From NCBI GenBank assembly GCA_051294905.1, contig CM119386.1, positions 434,001 through 498,000 of the forward strand: a stretch of 64,000 nt of DNA, given 5' to 3'. Below, in pieces: positions 13,821 to 24,400 of this stretch; within the stretch, counting starts at the first letter, position 1; each line of letters starts with the position of its first letter. The position numbers were made by a program, and so were the translations under genes. This DNA comes from Botryllus schlosseri. Its lineage: Eukaryota. Under the pieces are notes generated by a model that was not told the DNA's origin, did not search any database, and saw only the letters and a program-made list of their open reading frames with translations.

Positions 13821-15261
13821 ATTCGCGTTTCGTGCCTCATTTCTACGTAGAGCATCGAATTCTTCTCCAGATTCTCTTCAAGATAGCCTGCTCTTGTCAA
13901 AGAACGACTTTTATATGCACATCATTCTTTTGAACAAGCCATGTAACTGACTGACTTGTTTTACCTATCATTTCATTATGTTCATTTTGCCGTCTCGTAT
14001 TTTAGCTATATACTGACAACAGATATTGTTGACAAGCCGATACTAAGCTATAGGCCTATAGCACTATGCCAAGCTAATACTACTATTTCCTTACATATGA
14101 TGTCGCTGATAAAGTCAGGGTGCCTATTTCCAAAACTATTTATCATCTTATCTCCATTGTGCAGATTTTCGACTATGAACCGCTTCTCCAAACCATTCAC
14201 CGCCAGTGTGCATGTAACGCGAAGCTGCTACCAGGCTTGCACAACTAGATCATTCTAGTTCGACTAACCAGAACGAAATATTTGTAATCTTATCCAATCT
14301 AATTTGTGAAATGTATTTCAATTTTAATCTAATTTCTGGTCTTCCCGAAAATGCTCAAGGAGAACTGTATCGTGCGAAATGAGCCAAGTTTGGCTTAGAC
14401 ATTTCCCATTTACATGTTTATGAGAATGAATTCTCATTTCATGTGGAGTGGACTTTTTCTGTAATTCTTTCTAATGTGAAATTGAATCCTATTCGAACTT
14501 GGAAAGCTGAAGATTTCTAGGTGTCTAATTCTAGCTACTACGCTCCAGCACTGTCAAATGCGATAGAGTGTGCTAGTATGGTTTGTTATCACCGACTACT
14601 GAAACAACTCCCTCAAATGTCAGTATAAATTGATGGCGTCTAGCCATGGGCTGTTCAACCTGTTAACGTTGTATCTGGGACGGGCGATCAGTTTGGAGAA
14701 TTGCCAGCCCTAGTTACGAGTGATACCACACAGTGAAAAGTGACGTGATTTTTACAACAACGTAACTGCGCCCTTCAACAAAGTAATGTAGTGTACGAGT
14801 TTAAGTGCCACTGTCATTGTGGTTACGTAGGAAGAACATCGAAACTGGATAAGTGGATATGCAACTGATAAATCGCTATACCTCAAAGATTTGGTGTCCT
14901 AAACATAGAAGAAAAGGAGAGGAAGCTAGAGATTGCCAAGTTATGTATCATTAAGGGCCTTATGCACCGAGAGAGTTATGGTCAAAATCGCTTGATCGGC
15001 TTGCACCATTGTCTTACGAGAGGTAAAGAAAGTTCAAGTTCTCTCGTTTTTGGGTATATTTGAACCGCCACAGTCGGTGGTTCAAACCAAGGTCAACGCG
15101 AAAAATTATTAAAATCTCGCATTTGCTCGCGGAGGAAATGATCAGGCCGACAAGTAATTGATGAACAAAACGATTTAATGTGTTCTGGTGAAGGCCCACT
15201 TCTAGGCTTTTGTCAGACATCACGTACGCGGATGAGATGGCGACGAGGAGCCTAGACAAAC
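13805..15261 (-). CDS. Tentative downstream exons of the FReD gene
   Basis: Exon 3 starts at 15261 (acceptor TTGTAG, GLSRLL...). It either reads through to a stop at 15014 (contains HQL...FRVDL) or splices at 15224 (GTGATG) to 14227-14095 (QLRVTCTLAVNGLEKRFIVENLHNGD..., donor GTAAGG) and 13887-13805 (CYLEENLEKNSMLYVEMRHETRIHDFF*). Phases are consistent, but the last two acceptors are weak and the similarity to FReD (LRV, VEMR) is only suggestive. Confidence 0.3.
14767..14847 (+). mobile_element. Penelope-like element fragment (GIY-YIG endonuclease)
   Basis: Translates CALQQSNVVYEFKCHCHCGYVGRTSKL, the VVY.F.C...C...YVG.TS pattern of Penelope GIY-YIG domains. Confidence 0.65.
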
Positions 15262-15335
15262 CTACAACACTTGGTGAGGAATTCTGGAGTCGACCCGTCG
15301 GACTCGAACCCGCAACTGAATCGAAACCAACCTAC

Positions 15336-15730
15336 CCAGCCACAAATCTCCGTTACAGTCCCCGAAGCCGTTCACGTATTCGTCCCAACCTCGGAAGAAA
15401 TCCATGTTTCCGTGTTTTCTTCGCTGGAAAACCTGAAACGCAATACGACAAACGGTCAAAGTGACAGAAATTTCAGGATTTCTCTTCTCCGAGTCAGCGT
15501 TCGAGGTTATCGTTCAAAATTATGTGTCGCCTCGAACTGCTTTGTATTTTTTTCATCTCAAACCGAGCTTTCTCATGACGTTGCAACCGATTTTTCTTTC
15601 AAAGATTCAAAATTCTACTCACAGTCCATTTCTCGTGTGCAGGGCATGTCTTCTTCTCATCTTCTGCTCTGATTTGAAGCGGGTATATCACGAATCCAAA
15701 TATTAAAACAAACCAAATCTTGAGTAACAT
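15336..15730 (-). CDS. Secreted fibrinogen-related domain (FReD) protein, exons 1-2
   Basis: Exon 1, 15730-15623: MLLKIWFVLIFGFVIYPLQIRAEDEKKTCPAHEKWT (hydrophobic signal-peptide-like N-terminus; donor GTGAGT, phase 0). Exon 2, 15432-15336 (acceptor TTTCAG, donor GTAGGT): VFQRRKHGNMDFFRGWDEYVNGFGDCNGDLWLG. Spliced, this gives WTVFQRR.G..DF.R.W.EY..GFG...G.LWLG, the hallmark fibrinogen C-terminal domain motif. Confidence 0.8.
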
Positions 15731-15949
15731 TTTCAGAGGTGATTTGATATCGATTTAACGATGCGTGTCCTGCTGAACTTGAAAAGATAGATGACGGTGG
15801 GCAGATTAATTTATGTTGGCGCAGAAGATCATGCGACCAGCTACAACTGAGCTATACGTTTGTAACGACAATTCGCTGCGTTCACTGTCATTTTGAGGAA
15901 GACAGCTTCCTGATATCGTTTAGGAAATGCGTTGAACCGAGTTTTACAG

Positions 15950-16286
15950 AAGGCTCACTCGATCAAGCATAAAATCGATAGGGACGTTTCTTTTAAGAAA
16001 ATACGAATTTGGCTCGAACAAAATATGAATTATTTTACCCCGAATACTTCAATGACTTCTTTACCTATGAATCAAAAGCGCACAAGTACAACACACGCGC
16101 GTCCACGTCGTCCAAATATCATATGATGGACCGAAAAGATCATCGCTCTATCAAATATGCCGGACCTGATGTGTGGAACAGTATCCCGCCGGCCATCAGG
16201 CAGTCGACGAGCATGTCCACTGTCCAGTGTCCACATTCAAGTCGAAATACAAGCAATTACTACTAAATAAATACAGGCCATCCTCA
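15950..16286 (+). mobile_element. LINE (CR1/L2-like) ORF2 3' fragment, copy A
   Basis: YFNDFFTYESKAHKYNTRAS...SIKYAGPDVWNSIPPAIRQSTSMS(T)FKSKYKQLL matches the H.YNTR...G...WN.LP..I...S...FK..L C-terminal motif of non-LTR RTs. A 14-nt insertion shifts the frame. Confidence 0.75.
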
Positions 16287-16289
16287 CAG

Positions 16290-17958
16290 TTCAATACACC
16301 ACAAAAATGCGATACAATGAAAAGAAAGGAAGATGTCGAAGCGACTAAGAGTTGTCTATGGAATCAGACACCCACCTTGGCCTAGGCCAGGGGTTCTCAG
16401 CCCTTTCTTGGCCGTGGCCCATTTTCCGATTTACAAAAGTGCTGTGGCCCACCTGATATCTTAGAGTTATAATCCTGTTTAATGCGTCGTCATGGACACC
16501 GCCGATATGCCTAAATATGGGCACTTTCTCTAACTGATGATATTTAAATCTCGGTCTTCCGGGATAAGAAATCGCGCGAAGCGCGAAAAAATTATAAGTT
16601 GAATAAATATCCTTCAACAAACGACCAACGAAATAATCTTGGGCCCCTTCGAACTCCCCCAATTGGGGGTGTGGGTGTGGCAATTACGGCCCTGGTAGAT
16701 CATAAGCTAAAACTCCTAAGTAGATTATTTTCGTCCCCTGCTCCATTCGCGCCGCGAAACACAATGATCAGATCCCCGCACTGTGTGATTGGGACTTTAG
16801 TGATACTGTTGTGGGGAATATTATAATCATTCTGGGCCAGCAAAGAACATTCATTGGTGAATGGGGTACTACAGAGAAGTGGAGAAAGATTTGTCAATAT
16901 GCATGATGTACTATTGTCTTGTACCAAAACAACTGAGGTTGCGATGTCAGAATATTCAATCCAATGATACAATCAATTCCTGTGACTCTTTCAATATGTA
17001 CAATGATATCCAGGCCGGACATTTTAAACCGACTTCAAAGATTAATGCGCTCCGATAAATCCTCAATCCATTAAGATTCGTTGCGGTGGTGCAGTATACC
17101 TCCACCAGAAGTTGCAAATAATTTGCAATTATGGCTATTTTTAGCTTGCAATAATACGGCCTGCCGAAGTACAGTAAATATGTACAATTGTACATCAATT
17201 GCAGTTCATTGCATACCCCTTTAAACGGCATACGACATATGACCCTGCCGGAATACTTGGTAACTTCAGCATTATCTTCCAGTTATTATACGCTTGAAAT
17301 TATTTTAGTTACTGTTAGCCGTATAGGTTGTCATAGCCAGTAGAAAAAAGCCACCGTTTCTCCCTAACGTTGCCGATTTGTACATGTTGACTTCATACTT
17401 GCCACTACGTCTAATCAGAGTTGGATGAAAAGCTTTATGTAGCCTACGTATAATTCGATAATACGAATATATTTTTAGCGAATAACATAAGAAGTATAAC
17501 TAAACTTACATTAATTCTGAAATTTTCTAAATAGCACTGTGGCCCACCTCAAAATGCTCTGTGGCCCACCAGTGGGCCATGGCTCACCCTTTGTGAACCC
17601 CTGGCCTAGGCGATGTAAAGAGGAGGCATGCACATTGCACACTGAATGAAAGTAAAGAAGATAGTATAGAAAAAGGAAGCGACAATAAATAGGGCGTCAT
17701 GTCATGAAAGTCATGGAAGCGAGATCGATAGGTCAGTCGTGGTCCGGTAATCTTGAGGATGGACTGTATTTATTTAGTGGTAATTGCTTGTATTTCGACT
17801 TGAATGTGGACATGCTCGTCGACTGCCGGATGGCCGGCGGGATACTGTTCCACACATCAGGTCCGGCATATTTGATAGAGTGATGATCTTTTCGGTCGAT
17901 CATATGATATTTGGACGACGTGGACGCGCGCGTGTTGCACTTGTGCGCTTTTGATTCA
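16290..17958 (-). mobile_element. LINE 3' fragment, copy B (ORF2 end 17958-17754 plus 3' UTR), interrupted by hAT 16388-17603
   Basis: 17958-17754 is the reverse complement of 16068-16286 with few substitutions. The putative UTR continues across the GCCTAGGC insertion site. Confidence 0.7.
16388..17603. mobile_element. Charlie-type non-autonomous hAT
   Basis: TIR CAGGGGTTCTCA / TGTGAACCCCTG (11/12); perfect 8-bp TSD GCCTAGGC; subterminal GTGGCCCAC repeats. Confidence 0.88.
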
Positions 17959-18702
17959 GATCCTATCTTAAAACACCAGAATGTCTTGTTTACTAAATTG
18001 TTTTGCGACATATATGATTCATTCTCCTCAAACCCCGACAAGGAATCTGGAGGATCCATTTGCGAAAGCCCTAGACTGCTAGTGCTTTCCCGCTATGCTT
18101 CCTTCGGCAGCTCAACCTAATATCAATGAGCTTGGAGCCGGAGCAGTTTATAATTTACGACTGCTCCAAAGCCCTGATGACTAGAATGGCAGGTCGTCGC
18201 ATCAAGGTTAACTTTATTTAGGTTACTCTATGACTGGATACGGCAGTCACAGTGCCACCCAAGGCGTCATTGCCGAAAGATAATGATCAAATAATAAACA
18301 AAACCTGCCTATATCATTAAAAAAAACGAAACTCAAGCGCGAAATCACCTGTTCTGCATCCTGTCTACGAGTCGACTAACCCCCCCAAGCACTGTCATAA
18401 AGCAAACGCACGAGATGGTCAAGAAATGCAGAGATGCATCGCAGTCATATCACAGTAAGCGAGAGAATCAGTAACAATCAGAAACAGGTTGAAGCGAATC
18501 AAAAAGAGAAAAGCACCAGCACACGTCATTAAACGTATTGGTAAAATTCGTAAATTTCATGCATTTCAGGACAGTAGACAACATAAAATCACGATCGTCA
18601 TCCACCGCGCCAAAAATGTAAGCGTACCGATAAAATTCGTGAAATTTCGTCCCGTTTCAGGAAAATAGTCAACATAACATCAAATGAAACAAAAACGGCA
18701 GA

Positions 18703-21455
18703 TCAGTAGTTGAGAAGTTGATTGGAAGCCGGTAGCCATAAAACTTTGCGTTGTTCTCGTTCCACGACTGTAAATATTTGCTTGGCGACTGTCGCGCTCG
18801 AGCCTCCGTGAACATATACTGAAAAGTAGCGAGTGCTTCAAGTTAATTTTTGTCTACCTACACTATTTCCTCAAATGGTGACTTTCTAGACTACTTCTAA
18901 TTGACAGCTTTTAAAACCAGGCCTTGAAAATCGACCTTTCCTCTTGCGTTACGGCTGCAGTGTGGGAGATGGTACTACTACATATATTTGACAAAGCATA
19001 CTCCGTTTCCACCAGAGATGAGCATGGATTAGGATTAGGTTTTGAAGAAACAGGATTTGTAAAATTTTGTCGGATTTGGATTAGAAACTTTTTTCAGAAC
19101 GGATTAGGATTTGGATTGGATTTACATATTTTCTGGGAGATTGAAATGTCCTGTGGCGAATGGCGACAAACTTTATTCAGATCAGTTATTAATATACTTA
19201 TGGTTACTAAGTTATCTTGAATCAAGTGAATCGTTGGTTGTGAAATAAAATTTTCGAATCCCTCCATTGCATAACGTAGTATTTTTTCTGAATTTCCAGT
19301 TGGAATCGGATTAGGATTGGACATGGACTTGAATATGAAAAAGCTATGGATTCGGATTTGGATTTGAAGGTTCGGATTTGGATTGGATTAGGACACAGAA
19401 ATTTCAAATCCGCTCATCTCTGGTTTCTACTCAGGTAGATAAAATAAAGTAATTGATTACAAATGTAACGGACCTGCGCCGAGATATTTCTGCGTGAGTT
19501 TCCTACGTACAGAGTTTGCTCGCTCGAACATCTCCTTGCTTTGCTTCATGGTGATTTTCTCTCTGCCAGGGACGCGATCCTGCCCGTCTCTGTCGCAAAA
19601 AAAGAGAATCGGTACCGAATCAGCAGAATTGTATAAACTAACGATCTAGTTCTGAGTCTTTCTTGTTTTTGAAATTGCGATAGTTCCAGTTTAAGTTTTG
19701 GGTTACAAAAAAGTAAGTCGTCCTAGTTGGGCATTAAAAAGTCAGTAGTTCTAATTCTAGTTTGCGCGTTCTGGAAAGGGAGTAGCTCTAGTCCTGTGTG
19801 TGAGTTTTCAAAAGCCTGTAGTTACTTCTAGTTACGTATTTTAAAATCCAATAGTTCTAGTTGCGACTGTTCAAAAGTGAGTAGTTCTATTTGTAGTTTG
19901 TGATTTTGAGCTGTGTCTAGTCCTAATTGCAGATTTGAAAAGTGAGTAGTCCTGGTTCTCGTTGCGGACATCGAAAAGTGAATAGTTCTATTTGCAGGCT
20001 CTGATTTAGAAAAGTGAGTACAGTTGATACTAGTTCTGGTGGCAGATTCAAGAGTGAGTAGTTCTAGTTCTATGTGCGAGTTTTCAGTAGTTTTAGTTCT
20101 AGTTACGAATTGTAAAAAACAGTTCTAGTTCCAGATTTCAAAAGATGATTGGGTCTATTTGTATTTGCTAGTTTTAATTCTAGTTCTAGTTGCTCATTTT
20201 AGAAATACAATGGTCTTAGTTGTAGTATCTACTTCTTTCCAATTCTCTACGAGTTGCTGATGATGACCCATGACGAGAGTGTTCGTGTTTATTGCAATAT
20301 CAATATACTATTCAATTGCATATTGAAGTTGTACCTCCAAGAAGCTCTTCCAATATCTAGTTGTAGAGAATTTTGAAAATCCAGCATTCCTAGTTCAAGT
20401 TGCATTCACATAGAAACGAGGGTAGGATGCAGGACTCACTTGACTTTCTTAGCGGAGGAATACTCGATGATAACAATGATGGGATAAATCTTGTGCGAGT
20501 GAAGTCGGTCGACCGAATCTTGAGACAGCTCGAGCAGGACGTGCCGATGCTGAAAATGAGGGGGGTCGGTCAAATTTCACTATTCCAGAAAATTATTTCA
20601 TTTTTTAACAAATGTAAAATTTTGTAACCAACATCTTTGCTGCTGCGGGTTGGAATGGGGCCAAATTTGGTGTGCGACGTTTTTAGGCAACCTAACAATA
20701 TTATCGACGAATAGATGTTTCAATTTTACATGTAATTCAGTAATAAAACTATAATTTCAGTAGTAATTCAGTAATGAAACCTCTATTTTAAATGTAATTC
20801 AGTTATAAAACTTTACTTTCAATAGTAATACAGAAATAAAACTAAATTGTATTGTAATTTGTAAATTCAATGATAAAACTTGAGTCTCAGTAGCAATTCA
20901 GTAAAAAAATAAAATTGTAGATATACTCCAGTATAAAAACTTTCAATTTCAGTTGTTCATTCTTGGTTAATTGGGTGCGGAAAGTGCTCAGTAGCCAGCT
21001 AACAGCAAGTTGGTCGCCTCACCAGTTGCATTTCTCGCTCCAAAGTGCTGGCTGTCACGACGCGACTTCCGAAAGATTCCACGACGTCTGCAGAGTTTCC
21101 CATGACGGAGTCCAACGGGCATCTGCAACGGGAGAGATGGCTTATGAGCAGGAATAATATATTTGGACCACAAAAATGGAAAATCATGCTTGAAATCCTG
21201 AACATTTATCCCAAAACATCACCTTGCAAATCTGCTCCCATGTTCCTTCGTGAGCCTGTCACAAACGGCGGTCGCGTGCGGCCCGAATATGACCACGGGT
21301 CTCGGCTTGGTGCTGACATGCTTCTCCACAACCTGGTAGGGGGTCGACACCGAGTCGAAATTGGTTTCCGTCGATTCCAGACTTGCTTCCGACACGGATT
21401 TGTGAAGCTTGACGTCCCCGCTCGAACGGGACGAGTTTCTGTGAGGCTTCCGTCT
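18703..21455 (-). CDS. DLG5: DLG5 exons encoding the guanylate-kinase-like domain and stop
   Basis: PYQVVEKHVSTKPRPVVIFGP, RCPLDSV, HRHVLLELSQDSVDRLHSHKIYPIIVIIEYSSAKKVK, KQSKEMFERA, EQRKVLWLPASNQLLNY* (TGA 18703-18705). Confidence 0.92.
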
Positions 21456-24400
21456 CTGTCACACAACATAAGGGGTTCAAATCTTGTCAATAACATGTTC
21501 ATCAAAATGTTCATCAAAATAAAACTTAACACCAGGCTAGAGAAAAGGTGAAATATCTTGAAAACAGATCATGTTCTACATTTTAACAAAGAGGTTCTCA
21601 AACGGGGCCCCGCGTTGCATTTTCAGGGGGTCCACGATCCCTCAACATTTGCAAAATGTTGGTTGATAACTTAATTTTCATTTTTTAAATTAGAGAAATC
21701 CCGAGACAGTTTCGTTGCATAACTGCCAAAACTTCACGACTCACACAAACAGAATGGGCGTCTGATATGAAATATTCCACTGCGCGAAGTCATTTTAATA
21801 CCCAAATTGCCAATACTGCAGGGGTTCTCAAACTAGACTCAAAGGTCCGTGAAACGGAAATACTTGATCAATAAACGACAACACCAGATTATCCTTCAAG
21901 AATGACGTTGTGAATGACACTGTGACGATCTTGTTTCGTCATTAGCAGTAGTGAAGCATGCAGTACTCTGGAAAAGTACAATATCACAAACCTTGAAAAA
22001 ACTTCGTCTTCCGCTCAATTTTTTCCCCGTGGTCGAGCCAGCGCACGAAATCGAGTCGTCCAGATCTTTGTGACTCAAACTGTCGCGTTCCACCCTGCGA
22101 CAAACGTATTGAAATTTGCTATATGAAATTTCAAAATTGTATTGTTTTATTTTTTCAAACTTTTCTGTACGGTTCTGCAACTCAGAGCACGGTAGACTCT
22201 GGTCAAAATCGATTAGGTAAACATAGGCCACGATGATAGCTTTCTACACAATTCTTTACGACAAACCTTTCATAAAAAATTTTCATTTACGATGAAGCGA
22301 TATCATGAAATTTTACGATTGAGCATTTTCGCATTAAAAGAAAATACGAACAGTATGACCATTAAAATTGAAATTTTTACCTATTCTTTCAATAAAATAA
22401 GGGTAGAGGTACCGTGTTATCATTTCCAACCAAAAAACAAAGAGAGAAAATTTTGATGCTTTTTCCAATTTTCTAGTCGCTAGGATTTTCATTTGGACAC
22501 AAAATTTCTAATACTTTTCGATTTTCACGAGACTTTCGAGCAAATTTCAGGCATAATAGAAATTGGACCTAAATATAAGCATGATGCAAAAAAATTTGTA
22601 TTTTTAATTTGTATATAATGGGATTAGCAATTGTAAAATTTGAAAATGTGTCTAAATTTTCAGATTATTATATTTTGGTTGGGAATAATAACATGGTACC
22701 TCTGTTACAGCAAAATTTCAATTTTACCGCTCATACTTTCTTTTACTGCGAAAATCTTCAAGAGCGTTTTTCACGATCGTAAAATTTCGTTTTATCAGCA
22801 ACTAAAAATCTCTACAAAATTTTCGTTGTTAATGGCTCACTCATGGTTTGTTGCAAAGACAACATAGAGGTCTATATATGGCTCACTTTTCTTTGGCCTA
22901 GGTATAACACGGTCTGAGTTACAGAAAATGACAGCAAACTTTTGAAAAATATGAATTTTGACCTTTCAAAATGAAATTTAATCTCATTTAAAATAATAAT
23001 TTTTTGCAGAAGACATAGGAGTTTTTCTCACAAGAGTTCACAATTTACAGATATTTTGAACACAGTTTCACTCATCACAATCTCCAGACTTTGATTTTTA
23101 CCATAAAATCTTAAATTTCTACATTCTATTATCGTATGCATCATCTCTCACATGAGTTTTGAGGGCACTTTCCCGTTCTTGGTCCTTTCCCCGTGCTCGT
23201 CTAGCAGCCAGGCGCTCCACCAGCCCACGGCGTGTTCGGGCCAGGTGCTGTCCACGAGCAGGATCGAGTTTCTGACAAACGATAAACTCCCCTCGGCTAT
23301 GTTGTCGAACAGAGTCCTGTGATAGGGGAGAGACAAGATAACTTGTTGTCTAATTAGACCTAATTTGAGAAAAATGCAGGTCCTTTAATTCTGATCTAAC
23401 CTGTTTCTATGCTCTCACGTTAATTCTATTTTATTCTATTAATTCTCTACATGTTAATCTATTTTCAGATTTTCCCGATATTGCTACAGGAGAACCGTAT
23501 AGTTCGAAATGAGCCAAGTTCGGTGTACAGACGTTTTCCCATCTCAACTCTGATTTGATGTGAAGCAAACTTGATTTTCCAGTAGGCCTATTTCTTTCGA
23601 CTTTGGGATTTCGGTCAATTTCCAAGTTTTCTATCAATTCATTGATTCTTATTTTAATTTAATTTGGAGAAATATGTGTAGCTATAATTCTAATCGTAAT
23701 CTAATTTGGAAATAACTGCATATAGCTGTAATTCCAATTCTAATTTGGAAAAAAATGTGTAGATCTCAATCCAATTCTACTGTAATTTGTAAAAAAACAG
23801 TAGCTTCAACGAAATATATTGTTCACGCCATTTAAGATTTGAGCAATAGGGAGTGTGAATACAGATAGAGGAATAAATCGTACGATGTTTGGTGCATGTA
23901 ATCTCTCGTGGCTATTCGAGATATACGTGTGTAATACCACGTAGAGACATTGATGCATGCAATGGTGATTATTAGCTGGTTCGGAAGTTGATATACATTC
24001 ATGATTATTAGCCGGTTCGGAAGTCGATAGACATTCATAAGTACTTCGCCAATTGCGAGAAAGATATACTGCATTTTGAACCGTACGTGACATTCAATAA
24101 AGTTACAAGTCGGGGAGACGGAAACAAAATATATTCGTCAGTGTGATCCATCGAATACGTGTGCAATAGACAGGCTACGTGGTACGTCAGCCAACAAGGT
24201 CGTATACGGCGTAGTTAGGCCGGTCCGTCGAACGAAAGAAGAAACACGCAGCGAATTGTAAACGCAACCTTCTGGAGTCAATAATACATCTTGGAGTCAA
24301 TTATACAACTAAAAACATTCGCTCTGCGTTAAAGTAGCTATAATTCCATTTCTATACCATTTTGGAAAAAAATGTAGCTATCATTCTGATTCTAATGTAG

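Noticed and set aside
15291-15316. tRNA T-loop/B-box-like GGTTCGAGTCC on the - strand
   Set aside because: No A box or cloverleaf arms can be built around it; it lies in the 74-bp FReD intron 2.
15210-15672. + strand ORFs 15210-15464 and 15271-15672 as extra CDKL exons or a separate gene
   Set aside because: They are antisense shadows of the FReD exons. Phase-0 splicing from the CDKL donor at 11365 into this region hits stops within about 13 codons.
18130-18180. GGAGCAGT...ACTGCTCC hairpin followed by CTAG as a Helitron 3' end or structured RNA
   Set aside because: The stem is only 8 bp; the flanking CAGGGCTTTGGAGC on the - strand looks like a hAT MITE terminus remnant instead.
15730-18703. 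DLG5 and FReD as a trans-spliced operon (same strand; acceptor-like TCTTTTCAAGTTCAGCAG upstream of the FReD ATG)
   Set aside because: About 3 kb of TE-filled sequence separates the two CDSs, and there is no spliced-leader evidence in DNA alone.
19013-19422. GGATTA repeats as interstitial telomeric sequence
   Set aside because: Units are not (TTAGGG)n tandem arrays; they are subterminal repeats of a hAT MITE.
21896-21991. Read-through of DLG5 exon 30 (RRSFFKVCDIV...) or a 24-bp micro-intron
   Set aside because: Read-through ends in a stop before the GUK domain. Splicing at 21992 to 21455 restores RRSFFK|RRKPH and the downstream DLG5 motifs.
23780-24310. Possible solo LTR (AATAAA, ends ...ACA, 39-bp tandem duplication)
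   Set aside because: No matching TG...CA pair with a 4-6 bp TSD found, and no second copy in the window.
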